The notes under the pieces: generated by a model
What the model was told of the DNA's origin: nothing
Database searches by the model: none
The model's input: the letters and a program-made list of their open reading frames with translations, nothing else
Part shown: positions 25,740 through 39,033 of the stretch, piece by piece
Numbering within the stretch: position 1 is the first letter of the stretch
How the letters are laid out: each line of letters begins with the position of its first letter
DNA from: Octopus vulgaris
Lineage: Eukaryota
Direction of reading: 5' to 3'
NCBI GenBank assembly: GCA_951406725.2
Contig: OX597827.1
Span: 33,914,001 to 33,978,000 of the forward strand
DNA length: 64,000 bases
Program-made: the position numbers and the translations under genes

Positions 25740-26035
25740 TCCAGGTCACTGCCTGGAATCGAACTCGGAAACTTAAAACATATGGCGTAGTGGTTAAGAG
25801 CACGGGCTACTAATCCCAAGTTTCCGAGTTCGATTCCAGGCAGTGACCTGAATAATAACAACAACAATAATAATAATAATAATGACAATAAAAATAATAT
25901 CGAAAAATACCTCAGGAATGAGAAGCCAGCTTCGAAATTTCCCCAAGACACCTGATGAAGGCTGGAGGGTATATCAGCCGAAACGTTATGTTAACAAACA
26001 AGATGAGGACAAATATCCGTCAAATGTAAATAATG
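25740..26035 (+). mobile_element. tRNA-like/(AAT)n/hammerhead repeat with short inverted head fragment
   Basis: TGGCGTAGTGGTTAAG (A box), GAGTTCGATTCC (B box), AAT tract, hammerhead motif at 25947-25992. Confidence 0.78.
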
Positions 26036-26199
26036 TTATAACATTGTTATAAGTCCACGTTATAAAGTGGCATATACAGTGAGTTCTCAAAAGGACATAA
26101 CAGTGTCGACGAGACACAATAGTGGCAACGAGACATTCGAAGCTCACGGTGGACGTTCTTAGTATGGAAGACCTATAAGTTTTCGTGGCTCAGTTGCAA

Positions 26200-27640
26200 C
26201 GGCAACTACAGCAGTAACAACAAGACTAACGGAAACAGAACAGGTACAACAGCAACTACAACAACAAAACCAATAATTGAAATTATTGTTGCTGTTAAAA
26301 AAAAAACAGTTTAGGTTCGTTTTCGGCAGATGCAATTGCTAATTCAATTGAAAAATTCACGTGAAATCCGGAAGAAGGGATTACATTTTCTGCATACTTC
26401 AGAAAGTATGAAGGAATCTTCAAGGAAGAGTGTAAAAGCTGGACGGACGAAAAGAAGGTACGCCTTTTTTTAAGGAAATTGTCACAAGCAGAACATGAAA
26501 AGTTTTGTAATTACCTCTTGCCGAGAAAACTACCCGAAATTTGTTTCGAGGAAATAATTAAGCTATTATATAAAATATTCAGGGAAAGAAGTTCACTATT
26601 CAATATTCACTGGGAGTATTTGAATTTGAAAAAAAAAAAAATAGTCCCTTGATAATATTTTCACATTTGATTCTCATTTCTAATAATTTTTATATTTTAC
26701 TTTTCATTATTTCTTCGTACAAAAGTGCTCACTTGCTTAGTAAATATTGCTTTCATTATTTTATCAGTCGTAATCTCTCTTTTTAAAACAAACATCATAG
26801 TAGTCCAACAACAGAGGGAGAAGCAGCTTGTCAAGTTTTACCTTCCACTCAAAGCAACATAGAGATTACAATTCAGCTGCCCATCTGTAAGTTTTGCAGT
26901 GTGTGTGTAAGAGAGAGGGGGAGAGAGAACATTGCAAACAATGAATGAAATAAGCACGAAATGAAATAATCATATAAATAAAAGGACATTACTACAGATG
27001 TATACGTCCCTGACTTTGTTGCCTCATGATACCCATAAAAATGATACTTTTTTTAAAAAATTTCTACAAATACCGCTTAAGGAAAATAAACAGAAGATTT
27101 CGTCCCGGACATGTTTAAATGTTTAATCTTCGTATAAAGATGCAGAGATAAGGGCTCGAATATGGACAAAGCTTGAACAAGATTCAAAAGTAAGTCTACA
27201 AGCAGTGGCTGAAGAATGCCAAAGAATTATAAATTTACGACAGGACGCACAAAAAATTGAAAAAGTTTATTCAAATAACACGTAGTCCGACCGGTGACAC
27301 ACAAAAAAGAAAAACAGCAGTCAAGCCCCAAACCAAGTTATGGATGCGGAGAAATACATTTCAAAAGAAACTGTCATTTTAAGAATCTAAAATGTTTTGG
27401 ATGTGGGAAAATTGGACACAAGAATTCACATTGTTGGGTGAAACAAAGAAGGTCGAACGAAAAATTCAAGAAAAAACTATTGTCAACACAAATGCAAAGC
27501 GAGGCACAAAAAAGAAAATGTGTCTCTATAAAAATAAATAATGTGAATACGAGACTACAGTTGGACACAGGCAGTGACAATAATTAAGGATACATGGAGA
27601 AAAAATAGGAAAAGCTTACATTGGAAAAACTGCGAAAATA
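26200..27640 (+). mobile_element. Ty3/Gypsy gag-protease remnant, split by an insertion at ~26640-27100
   Basis: TFSAYFRKYE.IF..W.DEKKVRLFLRKL..EHEKF.NY; knuckles (C)YGCG..H...C and CFGCGKIGHKNSHC; protease motif LQLDTGSD. Confidence 0.8.
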
Positions 27641-28297
27641 GTGAGAGAGAGAGAGAGAGAGAGAGTGGAGAGGGAGAAAGATGAGGTGGAGATGGAGGTA
27701 GTGGTGATTGGATAATAAAAAGTGTATTTTTTTAATTGAACTAAGTTTTTTTTTATGTCGCCTATCACTTTACGCATGCGCTTAAGTGCAATTGAGTGCA
27801 AAATCACGCTTATATACGTGGCAGATATATGCAATTTAACTAAAGGTTGCATCATTGTACGGGATATAAATGTTGTTTTGTTTATGGGGAAAATGGAAAA
27901 ATAAGAGTGAATATTTATTTTATGGTAGCTGTGTCTATAAAATTGTGCATAAAGTATATATAAATTGCATTAAGTACTCATTGTATTCCAATTTCTTTCA
28001 CTTTTCAATAAGTAGTAGATGAGCAGCTCTCTTTCCATACAGACACAACACTTGCTACCCCTTCAGAGTTTTTGGATAAAATTATCAGAATAACTCAATA
28101 GGTTTACTATTAATTCCTTGAAATATTCACGAGTCTCGCTAGTAATAATTAATAGTGCAATAAGTGTTAATGCAAATATATAAAGTGTATTGAATATAAT
28201 TGATGACACAGCGTATTATATATATTAATTAGATTTACTAATGATGAAAAGGAGAAAATTAACGTGTTCACCAAGATTAATGAACATAAACACATTT

Positions 28298-28711
28298 GGG
28301 ATCTTTTCGGTTTGAACGGCAGTTTTTTCTAGCGGTGTCATATGAAATTGTCACCCATAATTATGACCCTAGTATCGATATATTGCATTTCAATCTGTTT
28401 TAGGGTTAGGGTTAGGGGGGAGGGTATCTTTTTTTCTTCACAAATGTAAAAAAACCCCAATCTGTTTCTTAAACGAGGGACATATTCATACGGCACAGAA
28501 TGTTGTTTACCTCAATGGACGTCATTGATTGGTTGAAATTGCAGAAATTGAAGAAAAAACAACAGATATCTTACAAACTTTAGAATTTTCTCAATAAAGC
28601 CAAAAGAAAATGATGTTTTATTTTGACACATTCTACCAGTATACGAAGTTTAAAATTTTTTAGTTACCTCGAAATTATGTTAAAAACTGCCGCTCAAACC
28701 GAAAAGATCCC
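28298..28711. mobile_element. Non-autonomous TIR element with internal (TTAGGG)3
   Basis: ~30-bp TIRs GGGATCTTTTCGGTTTGA.CGGCAGTTTTT; 6-bp TSD ACATTT on both sides. Confidence 0.8.
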
Positions 28712-28975
28712 ACATTTGTTGTGCATTATGAGACAAAGAAGACAGCAAAATGAACTTTTGAATAAAAAAAAATGAACAGAAAGATTCTTGTCCGTGTTGA
28801 ACAATTTAGAGTTCGTATCGAATGATTTAGAAAGTAAATCATATAAAGTGAATAAATTCAACAGCTTCAAATGGGTTTTACTCAGAAAAAAGTATTTGTA
28901 CAAATACACGTAGCGTTGTCAACACGCACACTCACACAAACGCGCGCGCACACACGCACACACTCACACACGCAT

Positions 28976-29044
<69 letters not shown>

Positions 29045-29106
29045 CATATACATACCTACATACACGCATACACTCACATGTTTATATGCCTGTTTTTATA
29101 CGCATG

Positions 29107-29147
<41 letters not shown>

Positions 29148-29149
29148 TT

Positions 29150-29455
29150 ACTCATTTACTTGTTTCAGTCATTTGACTGCGGCCATGCTGGAGCACCACC
29201 TTTAGTCGAGCTAATCGACCCCAAGACTTATTCTTTGTAAGCCTAGTACTTATTCTATCGGTCTCTTTTGCCGAATCGATAAGTTACGGGGACACAAACA
29301 CACCAGCATCGGTTGTCAAGCGATGTTCGGGGAACAAACACAGACACACACACGCACACACACATATATACGTATATACGACGGTTTTTTTGCAGTTTCC
29401 GTCTACCAAATCCACTCACAAGGCTTTGGTAGGCCCGAGGCTATAGTAGAAGACG
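29150..29455 (-). mobile_element. SINE (family of 18880), 5'-truncated
   Basis: Shares TGTTTCAGTCATTTGACTGCGGCCATGCTGGAGCACC with other copies. Confidence 0.75.
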
Positions 29456-29890
29456 ATGTAATTCTCCTTTTTAATATATTTGTCTTGGAGTGTAGCTGTA
29501 ACTTCAACCTCGTATATGATATACGCCTGGTCAAGTGGACATGCTTCAGGGTCTCGACAGTTACAACTGTGGGTGGTCTCTTAGTGATGAGTTATAATGT
29601 TCTTCATATTGGGGTTGAATGATATTTAATTGAGCGTATGTTAAAAATTTTTCCTGTATTTATTAGGATTTATTGGAAAGTGTTTATCTAAAAGAAACAG
29701 GAACTTCTTGTCTATGTTACTCTTAACATTAAGGGAGAAAAGATTAAGGAAACATCTAAAAAATTAACTTCAGACAGATTAATTAATAGTAACAGTTATT
29801 TTAAGGCCTAATTGACAAATAGTGTCAATCAAATTTTTCCTAAATCTATCAAGAGTTTGACCGTCCCAGCCATGAGATAGTCCAAACCCA

Positions 29891-29993
29891 TTGTCTCGAA
29901 CATGTGACACAGTAGCCTGCCCCCGAGGAGTTGAAAATTCTTAAGGATAAGTTAAAAGATCTTGCATTAGAAAAAAATTGTCCAAAACAATTC
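29891..29993 (+). pseudogene. Degenerate partial copy of gene A terminal exon
   Basis: ATGTGACACAG.AGCC..GAGGAGTTG.AAATTCTTAAGGATAA..TGTCCAAAAC.ATTC matches ~31205-31315; has an in-frame TAG and deletions. Confidence 0.7.
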
Positions 29994-30156
29994 TTATTTT
30001 CTCACTGACCAGCGTCCTTGTTTTAAAAAAAATATATAATGCATCAACAGAGCCTGAAAGATTGCTTTAAGGTACATGGCATATCTTATAAATATGCCTG
30101 TTCAAGTATCATAAAAACATGAAACTATTTGTGCTCTTTCGGTTGTGTATTAAATA

Positions 30157-30235
<79 letters not shown>

Positions 30236-30417
30236 TAGAAAAATGACCTTTTATCAATTCAATAATGAAAGATTAAATTATACCATTTAGAAAAATTACA
30301 TCTTATAGAAAGATTAAATAAAAGATAAAACATATAACAATGATTAAGTTGCAAAATAATAAATAAAACGTATACCATCTAGAAAGGAATATATTTTAAA
30401 ACTTATTAATAATATTA

Positions 30418-30462
<45 letters not shown>

Positions 30463-30775
30463 CTTTAATATTATTAATAAGTTTTAAAATATATTCCTTT
30501 CTAGATGGTATACGTTTATATATATATATATATAGCGGGAAGCCACCATGTGGACACCCGTATGCTAGAAATAGATCCGCTACGGTCTCACCACCAAGAA
30601 ATGTTCTCAAGAATAATTTAGCAAAACAACCAAAACGTAATCGAGCAAGACAAAAGAAAAAAGTAATAAAAATATGAATTATTCGTATACATGTTTCACT
30701 ATCAACGAATTACGCAATTTTACGTAACTTACGTAATTGTCAGTAGATCATCGGTACGACCGTCCAAGGTGAATA

Positions 30776-30842
<67 letters not shown>

Positions 30843-30863
30843 ATCAATTTAATATATAACCGA

Positions 30864-30904
<41 letters not shown>

Positions 30905-31007
30905 GAATTCAAGATTTGTAAACAGTTTGAAAATGTCTGTTCTCTGTGTTTCAATTTCAAGTTGTTTTCGGAGTTTGTATATCAAAGTCTGTTTTCTTCC
31001 TTTGTAG

Positions 31008-31495
31008 GGACATTTGACACTGGGAGTTTGATACATATGAGTGGTGGAGATGCACCCAACATTACGTTTGATGACATTCCTTCTGATGATGACGTAAATA
31101 AAACCAGTACTACAATAAATACCAGTGGTGCAACTGAAACAAGCACTACACCGCAAACCAGTGGCACAACAAAAACTCCTGCAACACCCATGTGCTCTTG
31201 TGCTTGTGAAGATGTGACACAGCAGCCCCCCACTGAGGAGGAGTTGGAAATTCTTAAGGATAACTTAAAAAAAGAGCTTGCCGTGGATAAAAAGAAACTG
31301 TCCAAAACGATTCGAGCCAAAACCAGTGCCCCGGACGAACGACAATCGGCTCAAGGTATAGGATTTATTGGTGTGGTACTTCTATCTGCTCTGCCTATCT
31401 TCATCTTCATTATAGACCTCCCACAACTCTATGCGGACCTGAAGACTTTTTACACGAATGTTTCTAGTTTGTGTTCCAATAGGACTCCAAGCTAG
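31008..31495 (+). CDS. Gene A exon 5: Ser/Thr stalk, CSCAC, coiled coil, TM helix, short tail, stop
   Basis: TTCCTTTGTAG| acceptor in phase 1. ..MCSCACED..LEILKDNLKKELAVDKKKLSKTIRAKTSAPDERQSAQGIGFIGVVLLSALPIFIFIIDL..*. Confidence 0.88.
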
Positions 31496-31684
31496 ACTTT
31501 CATCCGCCAATTTTCTGGACGTAACGAGGAACTATTTCACGAGATACTGGTATATACATACCTACAAAGCATGTACGTATGTATATGTGTATGTATAAAT
31601 GTATATACGTATGATGCGTATATGTATGAATCAACAACAAATTTACCTATAATTTTTCCTGCGTGGAAATACACCTCTCTTTTG

Positions 31685-31727
<43 letters not shown>

Positions 31728-31790
31728 GTGTATTTCCATGCATATAAAATATATAAAGAGAGGTATTTATGCAGAAAATAAAAATTGTTA

Positions 31791-33275
31791 TTGAAAATGC
31801 ACTTAAATTTGAAAAACTTGTAATTGTTTAAAATAAATTTACTTACATATATTCCAAACTAGTTTCAACAATATTTTTTTGTTTATCAATAGTAAAAATT
31901 TAGAATTATGAATTAGAAAAGTATATTAAAAAGTTTCAATGTTGACAAATTTAAATGTTCATAGCAGACAAATTTAGAATTATGAATTAGAAAAACATGT
32001 TCAAAAATTTCGATGTCGACAAAGTTAAATTTTCATAATAGTCAATAATATTAAAACTGTGCACCAATTTCTTTGAATGTACAAAGTTCATTAGTCTTAG
32101 TAGTGATCGACAAGAAACTCACATTGAGTTAAGAAGGGAAAAAAACAAGGTAGAAATGAAGATAGTAAAAAAAGGGATTTGGCTTATAATTTCTCTGATC
32201 CTCTTTCCGTCGTGTGTAGGAACTTTCACTTGTGGCGATGTGTTTTGGAATCCGGTCTATTTATAATTTTTTGATTCGTTAATGAACTGTTGACGTCTTG
32301 TTTTTCCAGTGGTCAAGTTTGTAGTTCTGCATGGTTGGCTTCCCTGTGGAGGACGGTCATCGGTCGTTCCGGTTGGTTGATTCTCTTAAAGGGTCATTTT
32401 ACTGCATTTGCTGAAGTTCGGTTTTGATTGGTCTAGAGTTAGGCGACGTCAGCAACAGGTGTTTGTAAAATTTCATTGGTTTAGATAGGTGATGTCGGCA
32501 ACTGGTGTTTGTATGGTGTTATTGTATGGCGATTTGGAGTTGCGGTTTCGAAACCCGGGTGGAAGACTGTTACTAAAGTTTTTAAAATTGTTTGTTGTTC
32601 CTGGTTGTTTTTTGTGGAGAAGTTGAGTCATTTTTTCTTTTTTTCTTTAGTGTTTTTTCTTCTCCCTAAAGGATTTTCAGCTGTGGTTTATGTTTTTTAA
32701 TGAGTATACTTTCCTTTTTTAAACGGAATTGGGTTGAAGCTTTTCCGGGGCAGTGATAGAGAGGGAAGATTTGGTATTTCAGGATTATGCTTACGGGGCA
32801 TTGGTCTTAGTGTTAGCTTACGAAAATTTTCCTAGTTGTGTGGTCCCGGATTTTTTGCCTGTGCACCGTTAGTCTGTCCCTCAAGGTTAAACTAGTTTGA
32901 CCTGTGTAGTCTAGACTCAGTATGACTGAAACTTTGATGATGTTAATTTCTTGTCGATCACCACTAATACTAATGGACTTTGTACATTCAAAGAAATTGA
33001 TGCACAGTTTTAATATTATTGACTGTTATGAACATTTAAACTTGTCAACATCGAAGTCTTTGAACATGTTTTTCTAATTCATAATTCTAAATTTGTCCGT
33101 TATGAACATTTAAATTTGTCAAGATTGAAACTTTTAAATATGTTTTCTGATTCATAATTCTAAATTTTTACCATAGATAAACAAAAAAATATTGTTGAAA
33201 CTAGTTTTGTATATATGTAAATATATTTATTTTAAACAATTATGAGTTTTTCAAATTTAAGTGCATTTTCAACAA
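31791..33275. repeat. Long inverted repeat (arms ~31791-32115 and ~32945-33275)
   Basis: Arms are reverse complements with scattered mismatches. Segment ~32845-33005 is repeated directly at ~33705-33865. Confidence 0.8.
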
Positions 33276-33331
33276 CAAATTTGACTATATATATATATTT
33301 AGATTAATATTTCCTCAAATAATAATAATAA

Positions 33332-33389
<58 letters not shown>

Positions 33390-33462
33390 AAGTTAATTAA
33401 AAACCAGTTTAATCTTGGATATTTTTTATCTCTCCGAGGATTATATCCTCACCTGTACTTTG

Positions 33463-33493
<31 letters not shown>

Positions 33494-33507
33494 TGTATGT
33501 ATGTATG

Positions 33508-33554
<47 letters not shown>

Positions 33555-35093
33555 TTGTATGCGTGCGAGTATTATGTACGTATGTAAATATATGTGTAAA
33601 TATGCATCGATGTGTATTTCCTATTTATAGCTATGCACGTTTCTATTTTTGTAATTATGCATTTGTGCATTCAACGATGTATGATACAGACTTTTGCTAG
33701 TCGTGAGGTCCCGGATTTGTTGTATGTGCACCGTTAGTCTGTCCCTCAAGGTTAAACTAGTTTGACCTGTGGAGTCTTAGCTTAGTATGACTGAAACTTT
33801 GATGATATTCATTGTCGACCACCACTAACACTAATGGACTTTGTACATTCAAACAATTGATGCACATATGTATATGTATGCATTTGCGAATGAGTGCATG
33901 TATGAAAACTTATATATGTATTTTTGTATCAATATATACACGCACATATATGCATTTATATAGACAATATAGAAAATATACACCGAACTGGGCTATGAAC
34001 AACATCATCAAAATAAAATTCACGTCTTTTTGCGTGGAGAGCGTTCGTCAGTTGAAGACACAGAATAGCTATTCATATTACATTAAGAACTGTTGACTTT
34101 TTATGTAAACTGCAAATAGCAAATTTCTTGAAATGCGCATGGATTGGTCAAGATGGAATTTATTAATTAAATGTGCACGAAAAAGTGATTATGACCGTCG
34201 AATTCTATGCATGCTAGTGATAAAACGTGGCCTTGCAAAAAAATGTATCTTTATAGCGAATGACATCATTAGTCATGCAATGATATCATACGTTTTTACA
34301 CATATAGTACAAAGAGAATTTCTTTTTCTAGATACTTACTACAACGAAGATCTTTCCATTTTTTGAGTCTACACAAACGTGTTAGATATAAAATTACACT
34401 GCTTAGTGGGCATTTAGTTACTGTTTCACTACTGTAGTTACAGTGTCACAGGACTTTGAGTACGACAGCATATATACCTTTTACTGATTACATGACAGAT
34501 CGGCAGTTATTATCGAATTATGAACGGTTTCGGTGAATGTAAGTCATGAAGCATAATTACACAGAAGCACATGTCATACAGTTCGATGGCATCATTTATA
34601 TTCCAGTCCGGTATATCAGTTCAGTATGTGTTCATGCATAGCAACAAAAAGAAATTTTGTTTACTTCGTTTTGTAATCACTTTTAGAACGACCGGTGTAA
34701 AATATTACCATTCTATGGTTCTCTAACTTAATCCTTATTGCAATAAACTTCCTTCTTGTCTTTGTTCTCTCTTATTCAATCTCCAACACTTCTTCACTAT
34801 TTCTATTGATATGTGCTCTCATTTTAAAATGCCCTTTCATCCTTTATATATATATTTTTTTTTCCTCCTTTAAAAATTTTTTTTAGTTCAATAGTGGACG
34901 CATTACTATTCAAAGGCCACGCGTGTATGCATATACATATATATATATGATAATATGTAGGTGTGTTTCAGTGTTTGCATGTGTGCGTTTGTGTGTGTGT
35001 ATTTGTGAGTGTGCATACATACATACATATATATACATAAACTACATGCATGTATATATATGTATACGTGTATACGTGTGTGACTATAATATA

Positions 35094-35142
<49 letters not shown>

Positions 35143-35144
<2 letters not shown>

Positions 35145-35310
35145 GGAAAATTTACGAAAACAAACAAAAAACGAAGGCAGGTGGTGCACAAACAAACAAA
35201 TGTATTAGTATAGCGCTCAGGAATAGAAAAAGTCTTTTACGTTTCGAGCCTACGCTCTTCTACAGAAAGATACACAGAAAAAGACAAGGAGAGAAAAAAA
35301 AGTGTGTAGT
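35143..35310 (-). mobile_element. Solo pseudo-LTR end of the Penelope-like family, with hammerhead-like motif at 35233-35270
   Basis: Reverse complement of ~14260-14410; core reads CTGTAGA. Confidence 0.7.
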
Positions 35311-36119
35311 AGCTAGTGTGTGTTTGTATGTGTGTGCATGTGTGTATATGTGTATGGATATAAATGTAGATGTGACTAAAATAAAATAAAACCAATGATG
35401 ACCGGTGTTCTTTGAGACTATAAATGTCCGCTCCGTAAATTCTCATAGAAGTTTACATATTCTCCGGCACCAATTCCCACTATTACCTACTTTTATCTTA
35501 ATGTCTATAGTTGTAAATTGCATTTTCATCGTCACCTTGTTCTTTACTATTCGTCATTATTTTTTTAACACATCCACTTTGTTCTTTTTATATCTCGGTA
35601 ACTTCGTTTACAGTTTCTCTCGCATGGGAAGCAATTGATTTTTCTACAACTCATCGTTTAACTTTGAATAGAAGAATATTGCCTGATGAGTGCGTGAATT
35701 GCATATTGTATGATGATGTCCAATATATTGTATTAGCTTGCATTAAAATAAAGATCCTCAGCGAAAAAATTGCGGCAAAATTTAAAATCCATTCGTTTGT
35801 TTATTAATATTTCGCGCTACACCTAGGTTTCAGCTGTTCGCCGAACTACTAGAAAACAATTTGAATTGCAAATTACTCACCAGCTGTATCCAGTCTTCAT
35901 CGTTCCTTCCTACGTTGTCCTGTGTGATTCAGTCGAGCCAATCGGTGGCTTACTACACGTTGAGGTGCCACGATCTTTTTATAAATCCTGTATAACTGAA
36001 ATACACACATACACACACACAAGCACACACTCACACATTAGATATGTATGTGAGTGTGTGTGGGTGTGTACTCGCGTGTGTGGATCTATATTTATGTTTG
36101 TAAGTATGTATATAGGTAT

Positions 36120-36525
36120 ACTCTTTACTCTTTTACTCTTTTACTTGTTTCAGTCATTTGACTGCGGCCATGCTGGAGCACCACCTTTAGTCGATCAAAT
36201 CGACCCCGGGACTTATTCTTTGTAAGCCCAGTACTTATTCTATCGGTCTCTTTTGCCGAACCGCCAAGTGACGGGGACGTAAACACACCAGCATCGGTTG
36301 TCAAGCAATGCTAGGGGGACAAACAGAGACACACAACCCCCCCCACATATATATATATACATATATACGACAGGCTTCTTTCAGTGTCCGTCTACCAAAT
36401 CCACTCACAAGGCATTGGTCGGCCCGGGGCTATAGCAGAAGACACTTGCCCAAGATGCCACGCAGTGGGACTGAACCCGGAACCATGTGGTTGGTTAGCA
36501 AGCTACTTACCACACAGCCACTCCT
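36120..36525 (-). mobile_element. SINE (family of 18880), near full length
   Basis: Full alignment by eye to 45521-45978 in reverse. Confidence 0.8.
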
Positions 36526-36829
36526 TCTCTTTCTTCCGGTCATTTCATCATGTTGAATCGTTAACCCCAATACACTTTTTCTCTTTCCGTTTTTTCCTTC
36601 TCTCTCCATTTTTCCCTTTCAGTCTTTTCAATCGAAGAGCGTAGGTTCGAAACGCCAAAGACTTTTTCATTCATCCCGAACGTCAAACTAATACACCCGC
36701 TTGTAGTTTCCTCCCATATACTCATACATATACACTTGCACAATATTACACGCATACATACAAATGCACATACCCACACGCCCTCGGGTATGTATTCATA
36801 TAATAATATAATGGGCATGTAAGGCGGTT

Positions 36830-37372
36830 GAGTATCGTCATGAAGAATGATTGACCCTCTTCTGTTGACCAGTATGGGGCAGAGGAGTAGAAGTTTTTCG
36901 TTTATTTTGGCAATTTCATGGCAACATGTTTCTGCAGTAATGGTTTTTCGGGGTTTTAAGAAATTATAGTGGATGAGTCCAGTAGTACACCACCAAACGG
37001 TCACCATAACCTTCTTCTTGAAGAGCTCGGGTTTAGGGAAGGTTTCCGGTGCTTCCTTTTGGTCTAACTACTACGAAAAATGTTTTTTTATTATAGTACC
37101 GAATCCACTTTTCATTGCAAGTTAGAATACGGTTGAGAAATGGATCGGTCTGGTTACAGAGAAAAAGCGACGAGCAAATTTCATATCTGCACATTTTCTG
37201 ATTTCCGTTCAAATCGTGTGGTACCCATTTGTCGAGCCTTTTTGATTTTCCGAACGCATGCAAATGGTTGCAGGCAGTTTTCTGGCTAACTTGAAGTTCT
37301 TTTGTCAGATCTCGAGTGGTTTTACGTGGATCTTTCTCAATGACGGTCTTTAATTGACCGTCATCGATGACA
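36830..37372 (-). mobile_element. mariner transposase fragment, second family
   Basis: LDKWVPHDL, ILTCNEKWI, MVTVWW..GLIHY.FL, IILHDD. Confidence 0.85.
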
Positions 37373-38277
37373 GTAGAATGGTAGAATGGGTGAAGTGGAA
37401 GGCAATCAGTAGTGATAGGAGGGAGGAAGTAGGTAGCTCGATAAAGATGCATGGAGTGTTGAAGCAAGGAAAAGCAAGAAGTGATGAGTCAGATCAAGAA
37501 GACAGAGGGGGTGAGTGATGAGGGTACTGAGAGAATTAGAAGTAGAAGTGGAGAGTTGGAAGATTAGAAGGAGGGATAGGATGGGTAGTACTTTGACAAT
37601 AAATGTTAATAGTTAAGGATGGTGGGGATATAGAGTTAAGAGAAACTGGAATAGAGGGGGTGGACAAAGAAGGCAAAAAGGAGTGATAAGTTGAAGAAGA
37701 GGCTAGAAGATGGGGAAAGAATTCGCAGTATGAGGAGGGATGTGCAAAGATAATCTTAAGAAGAAATAGCTAGTTGAGAGGGTGGTATTAGTGGAAGGGA
37801 TACGTTGTCAGTGCGATTAAGTTGTAACTTAACCTTTAACGGGTCGAAATCTTCTTCATACATTAAGGACCGAAATGGGTTATTTTGACCTGTGACTTTT
37901 TTTTATTTTACTGAGCACCAAATGATATTCATTGTTCTGTCATTGTCAAAAGTGTTTATTTCGAACACAGAAAGAAAGAAAAATAAACTGAAACTCACTT
38001 TATTATTTTTATTCCACACAATCTTTGTAGGCTGGAAGTCCCTTGTGTTCCTTGCACATTGGTTTGGCACATTCAGAGCAATGCGTATTTGTCTTTCGAT
38101 CTTTTCCGACACATAATGCGCATCGAAATCATCCATCTCTTGGGGACACCTCCGTTAGAAAGTACAGGAACTAATGGAACATCAACTCTCAATGTGGAAG
38201 CACAGGTCTGAATACTCTTTTGCAACTCCTGTATTCCAGTTGTAATTTGCAAAAGTATTTCAAGTTGTTCTCTCAGA

Positions 38278-38548
38278 AGTTCTTGTATGTTTCGAGTCGC
38301 TTCGGCTGCAGAGTTTCCTTTTTTGTACTCATAAAGCATTATGTGCCTCAAATGCTCTTTAGATACTTCCATGTTAGAAAGGGTTTTAATCAAAAAATTT
38401 TTTATTATCTTATTCTGTAAAATAATATTTAATTAGTTTAAATGTACACAAATGCATAAAAATAATTTTATATTCCATTAGACATTCTAAAATACTATTA
38501 AATTTTAAAAAAAGGTAAAATAGGACAGAACTTATAAGATCATCTGAT
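38278..38548 (-). mobile_element. 5' end of mariner, same family as 10510 and 49345
   Basis: TIR-like end plus MEVSKEHLRHIMLYEYKKGNSAAEATRNI. Confidence 0.8.
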
Positions 38549-38571
38549 TGATATATATATATATATATATA

Positions 38572-38966
38572 TGTAGGTCCCGGGTTGATTCGGGGTTAAC
38601 CACAGTAAGTAAGGTACTCAATACATAGCAGAGTAAAATTAATTTATTATATAGAAGGAGCTTCTACAGGACTAGTACTGTTTCATTCAAGAGAAATCTT
38701 CAGGAAGCTATTTAACAAGAATTGTATTAGCATTTATACATTTAGGCAGGTTTAAAGGAGTGGTGGTGGGGGACTTTTTTGGGGGTAGGCATAGCGCAAA
38801 ATATCATACTTGGGGGAGTGGTCAAGGAGTCAGTGGTAAGTTAGATGAAAGAATAGATAAATAAAAATATATATATATATGTATATATATGCATCTGTCT
38901 GTGTGTGTGTATGTGTATATATGTGTATCATTATTGCGTATGTATACATGTATATGTGTATATGTA

Positions 38967-39000
<34 letters not shown>

Positions 39001-39001
39001 G

Positions 39002-39033
<32 letters not shown>

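Noticed and set aside
25783-25850. Possible tRNA gene
   Set aside because: A and B boxes are present, but there is no convincing acceptor stem or T-run terminator, and it is embedded in a multi-copy repeat.
28399-28417. Telomere or chromosome-fusion relic
   Set aside because: Only three TTAGGG units, located inside a TIR element.
35684-35780. CTGATGA as another hammerhead
   Set aside because: Could not find a properly placed GAAA and closing stems.
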